From the NCBI GenBank assembly GCA_963662795.1, contig OY759746.1, positions 1,408,001-1,472,000 of the forward strand: a stretch of DNA of 64,000 nucleotides, written 5' to 3'. Made by a program: the position numbers and the translations under genes. Under the pieces are notes generated by a model. It did not search any database, was not told where the DNA came from, and worked only from the letters and a program-made list of their open reading frames with translations. This stretch comes from Spirochaetia bacterium. GTDB lineage: Bacteria > Spirochaetota > Spirochaetia > CADAEX01. Numbering within the stretch: position 1 is the stretch's first letter; every line of letters begins with the position of its first letter. Below, in pieces: positions 40,807 through 48,892 of the stretch.

Positions 40807-42044
40807 AAATACTAATAATTAACACTTCTGATTTATATGGTGGTGCCGCAAGAGCAGCATATCGTCTTCATAGAGCATTAGTCAATGAGGGCGTAGATTG
40901 TAAGATGCTTGTACAGACAAAATTAGGTGGTGATTATACTGTTATATCTCCGTCATCTGTTTTTCAGAAGATATTTTCAAAATTCAGGCCGCACCTTGAT
41001 ACACTGCTTATTAAAAAAATATATAGAAATAAAACAGATACGCTCTTTTCACCTGCCTGGATTCCTTCTTTCGGTTTGATTGATCAAATAAATAAAATAA
41101 AACCGGATATTGTTCATCTACACTGGATTTGCGGTGGAATGATGCGGATCGAGGAATTAAAAAAAATAAATTCACCTATTGTCTGGAGTCTTCATGATAA
41201 TTGGGCTTTTACAGGCGGGTGTCATATAAAATGGGCCTGTGAAAAATATAGAGACCAGTGCGGTTCATGCCCAAGGCTTGGATCAAAAAATAGTAAAGAT
41301 ATCAGCAGAAGAATATTTAAAAGAAAAGAAAGAATATATTCAAAAATATCCAGTTTAACAATAATTGGTTTAAGCCGCTGGATAAATAAATGTTCCCAAA
41401 AAAGTAAATTATTTAAAAATAGTAACACTTACAATCTGCCAAATCCAATTGATACAGAAATATTTAGACCCTTTCACAAAAACAATTCAAGAGAACTTTG
41501 GAAATTCCCTGAAAATAAAAAAATTATTTTATTTGGCGCTCCTGTTGATGATATAAATAAAGGTTTCAAAGAATTATTTGAAGCTGTAAAATTATTAAAA
41601 ACAATGAATGTTGAAATTGTTATTTTTGGGAGCAGTATACCTGAAAACTTTCAAAGTCTGAATTTCAAATTTCATTTTTTAGGCTCTTTACTGGATGATA
41701 CAAGTTTAATCACACTATACAGCGCTGCAGATGTTTTTGTAGTACCTAGCTTGCAGGAAAATCTTTCCAATTCTATTATGGAATCACTCTCCTGTGGAAC
41801 TCCGGTTGTTGCATTTGATATTGGAGGGAACTCCGACATGATTGAACATGAAAAAAACGGGTACCTGGCAAAAGCATATTCAGCCGATGATTTGGCCTGT
41901 GGAATAGAATGGATTATAAATCATAACAATTATAATGAACTATCTTTAAATGCCAGGAAAAAAATTGTAGAAAATTTTGATAGTAAGATTGTCGCACATA
42001 AATATATAAAAATGTATAATGAAATATTAAATAAAATTAGATAA
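40803..42044 (+). CDS. GT4 glycosyltransferase (WcaC-like)
   Basis: GGAARAAYRLH, HLHW, WSLHDNWAFTGGCH, PSLQENL, ESLSCGTPVV. Confidence 0.9.
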   Translation: MKILIINTSDLYGGAARAAYRLHRALVNEGVDCKMLVQTKLGGDYTVISPSSVFQKIFSKFRPHLDTLLIKKIYRNKTDTLFSPAWIPSFGLIDQINKIKPDIVHLHWICGGMMRIEELKKINSPIVWSLHDNWAFTGGCHIKWACEKYRDQCGSCPRLGSKNSKDISRRIFKRKERIYSKISSLTIIGLSRWINKCSQKSKLFKNSNTYNLPNPIDTEIFRPFHKNNSRELWKFPENKKIILFGAPVDDINKGFKELFEAVKLLKTMNVEIVIFGSSIPENFQSLNFKFHFLGSLLDDTSLITLYSAADVFVVPSLQENLSNSIMESLSCGTPVVAFDIGGNSDMIEHEKNGYLAKAYSADDLACGIEWIINHNNYNELSLNARKKIVENFDSKIVAHKYIKMYNEILNKIR

Positions 42045-42050
42045 ATCAGA

Positions 42051-42110
42051 TATAAGATTACAAACATTATTCTCATATTTAATGAAGAATTGCACTTGAA
42101 TTACAAGTAG
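42051..42110 (+). pseudogene. Possible relic of a GT2 gene N-terminus
   Basis: Intergenic frame reads YKITNIILIFNEELHLNYK-stop, resembling the (I/V)IL(T)xNEE.H start of GT2 enzymes. Confidence 0.35.
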
Positions 42111-42175
42111 ATTCAAGATAAATACTGATATTAGTATTGGTGTGAAATTAATTTTAAAAAAAGGATTGAGTTAAA

Positions 42176-43288
42176 TTGGAAAAAAGAGCTTTTGTTATTC
42201 TTGCAACACCCTTCTATCTTGATAAAGGATCTTCTGTCCGTGCAAGATCAAACATTCTGGCTTTATCTAAAGTTTTTGATGAAGTTGTTGTATTTACATA
42301 TCCGGTCGGAAATGATTTTAATGCTGAAAAAGTTAAAATAACAAGGGTAAAATCTTTATTTTATAAAAGAAAAGCAGCAGGGCCCAGTTTTGGAAAAGTA
42401 ATAATAGATATGCATTTGATCTTTAGTGCATTCACACATCTTTGGAAAAACAAGGATCGGTATTCTTATGTTATTGGAGAGGACATTGAAGGCGGAATAA
42501 TCGCAAAAGTATTATCCGGAATATTTAGAAAGCCTTATGTCTATGAAATGTATAATCCGTTTTACAATACATTATTGCCATACCCTAAGTGGAAAATATT
42601 TCTGCCGATTGTTAAATTAATAGACAAATGGCTTGAGAGTTCGAAATGCATGTCTGTTGAATGGGATTATGAACTTGAGAGGGTAAAAAACGGAAAAAAT
42701 ATATGCTCTGTTGTATATGATGCTTTTCCGGAAGACAGGGAAGACCTTGATTTTATACTTCCTGAAAAATATATGTGCTATTCAGGGAATTTCAAGAAAT
42801 ATCAGGGGATAGAATGGTTTTTAAATATTTATTCACAAACAGAAAGTGATTATAAAGTTGTTTTAGTAGGTGAAACCAGTCAGGAGATAAAAAATATAAT
42901 CAGTGAATTAAAATTAAATGAAAAAATCATAACCCCGGGTTCACTTTCTCTGCAGAAGACAAACACCGTAATAGGTAATTCCTGTTTCTGTATACTGCCG
43001 CGAATTATTGACGGTCCTCCCGGAATGAAGGCCCTGCACTATTTTTCTCAGGGGAAAGCTGTGCTTGCAACTGATTTATCCTGCAATAAAAAAATGATAA
43101 TCCGTAATAAGACCGGCTATTTATGTTCAACAGATACTGCCGGAATTATAAACGGATTAAAAATTATGCAGGATACTGTTTTTATAAAGGAAATGGAAGA
43201 TAATATCCGGAAACTCGGCATAGGTTCACAGAATTTAACAGATCGGAATATGTTGGAATTTTTTACAATGGTTGAAAATAATGCATAA
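42176..43288 (+). CDS. GT4-like glycosyltransferase
   Basis: YSGNFKKYQG, ILPR, MKALHYFSQGKAVLAT; TTG start. Confidence 0.75.
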   Translation: MEKRAFVILATPFYLDKGSSVRARSNILALSKVFDEVVVFTYPVGNDFNAEKVKITRVKSLFYKRKAAGPSFGKVIIDMHLIFSAFTHLWKNKDRYSYVIGEDIEGGIIAKVLSGIFRKPYVYEMYNPFYNTLLPYPKWKIFLPIVKLIDKWLESSKCMSVEWDYELERVKNGKNICSVVYDAFPEDREDLDFILPEKYMCYSGNFKKYQGIEWFLNIYSQTESDYKVVLVGETSQEIKNIISELKLNEKIITPGSLSLQKTNTVIGNSCFCILPRIIDGPPGMKALHYFSQGKAVLATDLSCNKKMIIRNKTGYLCSTDTAGIINGLKIMQDTVFIKEMEDNIRKLGIGSQNLTDRNMLEFFTMVENNA

Positions 43289-44258
43289 TGAACCGCTTGT
43301 AACAGTTATTATGCCATCCTACAATAGTTCTTCCTTTATTAAGGAATCTGTTGAGAGCATAATTAACCAAAGCTACGGGAAATGGGAATTATTGATAACT
43401 GATGATAATTCAATTGATGATACAATCAGAATAGTAGAAAATCTCAAAATAAATGAGCCAAGGATAAAATTATTTAAAAACGAAAAAAACATGGGCCCTG
43501 CATTTTCGAGGAATATCTGCTTAGAAAACGCAGAAGGGAAATATATCGCAATATTGGATTCGGATGATTTAGCGGATAGGGAAAGACTTGAAGAACAGGT
43601 TGATTACCTTGAAAAAAATGATAATATTTTTTTGCTGGCAACAAGTGCAATACTGATTGATGAGAAAGGTAATATATTAAGGAAGTCCAGGCAAATTACC
43701 GATCCCCTTAAACTGATTAAAAGACTTGAGAAAAAAAATGCTATTTATCATTCATCAGTTATGTACCGTAATATTAAAGGTTTAAATTACAGAACAAACA
43801 TTGAAAGTGAAGATTATGATTTTTATCTCCGGCTTTTAACGGACGGGGAAAAAATTGCCGGAATAGAAGAACCTTTAATAAGCTACCGTATAAGGGCGAA
43901 TTCAAATTCATTCAGTAAAAGTATCCGGACAAGATTGGTAAGTGAGAAACTTGTAGAATTTTATCGTGAACGTATTAGAACAGGAACTGACAGCTATTCT
44001 GAGTTTGATCAGGAAAAATATATAAATAAAAGATTACTTGATAAAAAAGACATGACTGTCTTAAAGACAAAAATTAAGGATGAACTTCTATTTAATTTTG
44101 AAATTAGGGATAAAAAAGAATATTATACCTATTTTAAAGAATATGGAATTTTCAACCGTGTTTTTATTTTATTTTTTATTTCTTTTTTACCATATAAAAT
44201 CAGACAGAAACTTTTTAGAAAATCTCCAATTGCACTGCTGAGGATCTTTAACCAATGA
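43281..44258 (+). CDS. GT2 glycosyltransferase
   Basis: VTVIMPSYN, DDNSID, NMGPA, ILDSDD, EDYDF. Confidence 0.9.
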   Translation: MHNEPLVTVIMPSYNSSSFIKESVESIINQSYGKWELLITDDNSIDDTIRIVENLKINEPRIKLFKNEKNMGPAFSRNICLENAEGKYIAILDSDDLADRERLEEQVDYLEKNDNIFLLATSAILIDEKGNILRKSRQITDPLKLIKRLEKKNAIYHSSVMYRNIKGLNYRTNIESEDYDFYLRLLTDGEKIAGIEEPLISYRIRANSNSFSKSIRTRLVSEKLVEFYRERIRTGTDSYSEFDQEKYINKRLLDKKDMTVLKTKIKDELLFNFEIRDKKEYYTYFKEYGIFNRVFILFFISFLPYKIRQKLFRKSPIALLRIFNQ

Positions 44259-45082
44259 AGCTGTTTTCCATAATAACCGTTGTTTTAAATGACAAAACAG
44301 GTTTTAAGAGGACTGCCGAATCACTTTTTATGCAGAGTTGTAATGATTATGAATATATAGTTGTTGATGGAAATTCTACTGACGGGACTTTGGAATGCAT
44401 AAAGCAATTCGGAAGTAAAATAAATACTCTTATATCAGAGAAAGATAACGGTATTTATGATGCAATGAATAAAGGCATAAAATCTGCCTCCGGAAGATAT
44501 TCATTTTTTTTAAATGCGGGTGATATTTTTTATGATAACAATGTTATTGAAACTATAAAAAAAGCAATAGCAGATGATAATCCCGACCTTGTAATAGGTG
44601 ATGTAAGAAAAGAAATCGGAATTACAGATATTTATTCATATGAGACAATAAGAATACCATTCAGTAGGAAATTATTAAAAAAAGGAATAATGCCGCATCA
44701 TCAGGGAGTTTTTTTAAAAACAAAACACTACAAAGATGCCGGAGGGTTCAGCACTAAGTATAAAAGCTCAGGAGATGTTGATTTATTTCAGCGGCTGAGC
44801 AGAAAAAATTTTAATGTTTTATATGTAGGCTGCACTATCTCGCAATTCAGGGGAGAAGGAATCAGTTCCAATAAGCTTATCAGCTATAAGGAAACTTATG
44901 ATTCAATAAAAAACAATTTCGGGTTGTACTGGTCGCTGAAATATTATATATCCCGTATTTTAATTGAACAGGGAATAAAAAAAATATTCAGATTTATAGG
45001 AATATTGAATATCTATTACACGATTAAATTCGGTATAGAAAAATATTTTAGAAAGAAATCTGAATTTATAAGAAAAAATTAA
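44255..45082 (+). CDS. GT2 glycosyltransferase (WcaE-like)
   Basis: SIITVVLN, VDGNSTDGT, DNGIYDAMNKG, FLNAGD. Confidence 0.9.
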   Translation: MKLFSIITVVLNDKTGFKRTAESLFMQSCNDYEYIVVDGNSTDGTLECIKQFGSKINTLISEKDNGIYDAMNKGIKSASGRYSFFLNAGDIFYDNNVIETIKKAIADDNPDLVIGDVRKEIGITDIYSYETIRIPFSRKLLKKGIMPHHQGVFLKTKHYKDAGGFSTKYKSSGDVDLFQRLSRKNFNVLYVGCTISQFRGEGISSNKLISYKETYDSIKNNFGLYWSLKYYISRILIEQGIKKIFRFIGILNIYYTIKFGIEKYFRKKSEFIRKN

Positions 45083-45147
45083 TAGTAGAATTATTTTTCT
45101 TACATATATCATAAAATCAGGCAGCTGCTCCGGGTCTTAAAGGTTAA

Positions 45148-46881
45148 TTGAAAATGAGAATAAAAACAGAATATTTTATAAATGCAGTTACAGCCTCAAT
45201 AATGCTTTTTGTTTATACAACTGCAGGAGCTTATCTTCTGCCTGAAGGTATAAACGAAGTCTTTACGGAAAGGACCTGGAAATATTTTCTTATTCTGACA
45301 GTTGTACTTGCTGCTTCATTTGCAGTTTTTTCTCGTATGTGCAAAAACAGGGCCATAATCAATATAGGAAAAATTGAAAAAGTACTGGTTCATGAACTTA
45401 TTTATATCCTGATTCCTCTTACCCCCATTATTCAATACATGATTTCCAACAGGGAAATGCTCACTATATCAAGTTCAATTCTGATAATACTGTTTTTCGG
45501 GATATTATCCTTTGTTCTCTGCGTTGGAATTCCTGTCTTATTATCTTTTACAGCATCAAGACATATCCTGATTTCAGCAGGAACAGCCTTTTTATATTTA
45601 TTATTAAGCATGGTTTCACTTTCCGCAAAATACGGCTGGCACAACAAGGGTTCGCTGAAAATACAAATGCTTGTATTTTTGTCAGCATTTATAATACTGG
45701 CATTTTCAAAATATCTGCCGAAAAAAATATTCATTTCTGCGGTTCTTCTTAATTTACTGATCAACTCCTTTACTTTTTTTTATACCGCGGAAACGGTTAA
45801 TAAAGCGCAGAATAACACTGGAGAAATTACAGTTGGCAGTGAACTTGTAAATAAGGAAATCAAAAAGTTAAACGATATATTTTTGTTTGTTTACGAATCA
45901 TATGCAGATTATGAAACGGTTAAGCATTATGGTTTCGATAACAAAGCGCAACTGGAATATTTAGAAGAAAAAGGTTTTAATATTTACCCAGGAATATATT
46001 CACTGGGTACGCCTTCTATTCCATCCATCTCAAATGTATTTAATATAAACAGCAATGTCCACTACAATAGAGAATATATAATCGGCGGCGGTAATGTTCA
46101 TAAAATATTAAAAACGAAAGGCTATAAATCATACGGTGTTTTTCAAAATGATTATTTCTTTCGGGGAATGGGACCTGATAAAATAAAGTATGATTATCTT
46201 TTTCCTGCCCCGCTTCCTCTAAAAGAAGATAAACTGCTTATTAAGACAATACTGGCCGGTGAATTTAATGATGAAGTCAGTCTTGAGGGTGTTGGTACGG
46301 AATCTTATGTAAATGAAAAACAAAAAATAATTAAAAGTGATTTTCAATATCCAATAATATTTTATACGCATAATCCCAAACCGGGACATGGGCCCAGCGC
46401 CGGGGTGCTTCCTGCGGAAGTAGATAAATATATTGAATTATACATAAACCAGATTCAACAGGTTAACAGAGAAATGGAGCAGGACATTAATCTGGTATTA
46501 AAATATAAACCTGATGCGATAATTATAATTGCAGGGGATCATGGTCCTTCATTAACCAAGTCAGGGTATGGGCTGCAGAAAGGAAAAGGGGGATTCACAG
46601 CCGGGGATGTCGACAGGTATGATATCCAGGATAGATTTGGAGCGTTTCTTGCAATAAAATGGCCGGAAATTAATTATAAGCAAACAGACAAAATAAAAAT
46701 TCTACAGGACATTTTTCCGGCTGTATTCTCATACTTATTTGAGGATGACAAATTATTCAATGAAACAAGAATGGATAGCGAAATATTAAACCCCAAGAAA
46801 ACACTTGGCGTATCAGTTAATGATGGTATTATTGCGGGTGGAGCGGATGATGGTGAGCCGTTATTTTTATTTAAGGAATAA
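45148..46881 (+). CDS. Multi-TM membrane protein with C-terminal sulfatase/alkaline-phosphatase-superfamily domain (LtaS/EptA-like architecture)
   Basis: About 7 N-terminal TMs; FLFVYESY, YTHNPKPGH and IIIAGDHG metal-binding motifs. Confidence 0.75.
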   Translation: MKMRIKTEYFINAVTASIMLFVYTTAGAYLLPEGINEVFTERTWKYFLILTVVLAASFAVFSRMCKNRAIINIGKIEKVLVHELIYILIPLTPIIQYMISNREMLTISSSILIILFFGILSFVLCVGIPVLLSFTASRHILISAGTAFLYLLLSMVSLSAKYGWHNKGSLKIQMLVFLSAFIILAFSKYLPKKIFISAVLLNLLINSFTFFYTAETVNKAQNNTGEITVGSELVNKEIKKLNDIFLFVYESYADYETVKHYGFDNKAQLEYLEEKGFNIYPGIYSLGTPSIPSISNVFNINSNVHYNREYIIGGGNVHKILKTKGYKSYGVFQNDYFFRGMGPDKIKYDYLFPAPLPLKEDKLLIKTILAGEFNDEVSLEGVGTESYVNEKQKIIKSDFQYPIIFYTHNPKPGHGPSAGVLPAEVDKYIELYINQIQQVNREMEQDINLVLKYKPDAIIIIAGDHGPSLTKSGYGLQKGKGGFTAGDVDRYDIQDRFGAFLAIKWPEINYKQTDKIKILQDIFPAVFSYLFEDDKLFNETRMDSEILNPKKTLGVSVNDGIIAGGADDGEPLFLFKE

Positions 46882-46887
46882 AATAGT

Positions 46888-47580
46888 ATGTTCCATGTTA
46901 TTTACCTGGTTTTTATATATCCAATAGAATTTATTATAAAGACTATACTGGAAACAGCTTATAATTTTACAGGAAATTATGGTTTTTCGCTTATTATCTT
47001 AAGTATTTGTATAAGTTTAATTCTTCTGCCATTTTATCGGTTCACAGAATATTTGCAAAACAGGGAACGAAAAGTAAGGAATAAAATGCAGTCTCAGATA
47101 GACGATCTTAAAAGTGTCTATAAGGGTTATGAACAGCATTTATATCTGAAAGCACTCTACAGGCAGAATAATTATCATCCCTTACTTGCACTGCAGGCGT
47201 CTTTGGGATTGCTGATTCAACTCCCTTTTTTTATCGCAGCATATCATTTTATTTCCGGGTATGAATTACTTAATGGGGTTGTGTTCTGGATTTTTAGGGA
47301 TCTTGGGAATCCTGACGGCCTGATTGAAACGGCCGGGATGAATATAAATATCATGCCTGCTGTCATGACTTTTTTTAATCTTTCAGGTGCTTACTATTAC
47401 GGAAAAAATCTTTCATCTAACGAGAAATACCAAATGTATTTTGTTGCCTTGCTTTTTTTTATTCTTCTTTATAATTCTCCGGCGGGCCTTCTTATTTACT
47501 GGACCTGCAATAATATTTTCAGTTTTATTAAATACATCATTATTCACTTTATGAATATCAGATCGAGTGAAAAAACGTGA
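46888..47580 (+). CDS. Second, minimal YidC/Oxa1-family protein
   Basis: 230 aa; GNYGFSLIILS, LLIQLPFFIAAY, DLGNPD, NIMP, YNSPAGLLIYWTCNN align with the core of YidC at 3585-5345. Confidence 0.85.
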   Translation: MFHVIYLVFIYPIEFIIKTILETAYNFTGNYGFSLIILSICISLILLPFYRFTEYLQNRERKVRNKMQSQIDDLKSVYKGYEQHLYLKALYRQNNYHPLLALQASLGLLIQLPFFIAAYHFISGYELLNGVVFWIFRDLGNPDGLIETAGMNINIMPAVMTFFNLSGAYYYGKNLSSNEKYQMYFVALLFFILLYNSPAGLLIYWTCNNIFSFIKYIIIHFMNIRSSEKT

Positions 47581-48892
47581 GGCAAAAATGATTCTTGTTT
47601 GTGTTTTATTTTTAATAATTATTCAACCTGCACATGCATACCTTGATCCCGGAAGCGGAAGTATGCTTATCAGCGTGATAATTGCCTTATTGGCTACATT
47701 GTATTACTTTGCTAAAAATATTTTCTATAATAAATCAAAATATTTTTTTAAAAAAAACAGCAGTATACAGACAGAAAAAAATGATATAGTTTTCTATTCC
47801 GAATCAGGATGCTACTGGAATGTGTTTTTTCCGATTATAAGGGAATTAAGCGAACGCGGGATAACCTCCTCATATTATACCAGCGACAAAAAGGATCCCG
47901 GATTGTCAACCGACATACCTGAACTGGATAAAAAATATATTGGTGACGGGTATGAAGCTTTTTTCTTCTTGAATCATCTTGAAACATGTATTGTTGTGAT
48001 GACCACTCCGGGCTTGGATGTCCTTCAGATAAAACGCAGTAAAAAAGTAAAGCATTACTGTCACATTGTTCATGGTCTTGAAGACACATCCACTTATTCT
48101 CCATACGGTGTTGATTATTTTGATTCTGTGCTGGTCAATGGAGAACATCAGGTTTTTGTAATCAGGGAACTGGAAAAAGAGCGAAGTCTCCCGGAAAAAA
48201 AAGTTGAAATAATTGGAAGTACATATCTTGATGTAATGCGCGAAAATATTAATAAAAAAGTACCTGATAATCTGAATATATTACCAGATAAAAAAACAGT
48301 CCTGCTTGCTCCCAGCTGGGGTGAAAAGGGATTTTTGAAGAACCATGCTGAATCTATACTGAATAGTCTGATTGAAGAAGATTACAATATAATCCTTCGC
48401 CCTCATCCGCAGAGTTTAAAAGCTGAAGCGGATGTTATCAAACTGCTTGAAAATAAATTTGCCGATAAAAAATATTTAATCTGGGACAAAACATCATCAG
48501 GACTTGAAGCAATGCGAAAGTCAGATGTCATGATTTCAGATTTTTCGGGCATAATATTTGATTATATTTTTCTGTTTTCAAAACCTGTTATTGTAACTGA
48601 TTTCAAGTTGGACTGCCGTAAATATGATATGAATATTCTTAAATCAAAAAGCAGCACATTAATGAAATTAATTAATGAAGATAAAATAGGCTACAGGTTT
48701 AAGAGCCGTGATTATAAAAACATTAAGAAAATTGTACAAATCGCATTATCTGATAATCCTTATAAACAATATGTAGATGAAATAAAAGATACAGTTAATT
48801 GTTTTCCGGGACAGGCTGGAAAAAGAGGCGCAGACTTTCTGCAGAGTGAATTGAAAAAGATAGTAACTGATAAAAATAAAGGTACCAGATGA
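47567..48892 (+). CDS. CDP-glycerol glycerophosphotransferase-family (TagB/TagF-like) protein with signal-peptide/YLDPGSGS/TM leader
   Basis: HIVHG, LLAPSWG, LRPHP, SDVMISDFSGIIFDY..KP; N-terminal PAHA-YLDPGSGSMLISVIIALL; GTG start. Confidence 0.8.
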   Translation: MKKREAKMILVCVLFLIIIQPAHAYLDPGSGSMLISVIIALLATLYYFAKNIFYNKSKYFFKKNSSIQTEKNDIVFYSESGCYWNVFFPIIRELSERGITSSYYTSDKKDPGLSTDIPELDKKYIGDGYEAFFFLNHLETCIVVMTTPGLDVLQIKRSKKVKHYCHIVHGLEDTSTYSPYGVDYFDSVLVNGEHQVFVIRELEKERSLPEKKVEIIGSTYLDVMRENINKKVPDNLNILPDKKTVLLAPSWGEKGFLKNHAESILNSLIEEDYNIILRPHPQSLKAEADVIKLLENKFADKKYLIWDKTSSGLEAMRKSDVMISDFSGIIFDYIFLFSKPVIVTDFKLDCRKYDMNILKSKSSTLMKLINEDKIGYRFKSRDYKNIKKIVQIALSDNPYKQYVDEIKDTVNCFPGQAGKRGADFLQSELKKIVTDKNKGTR

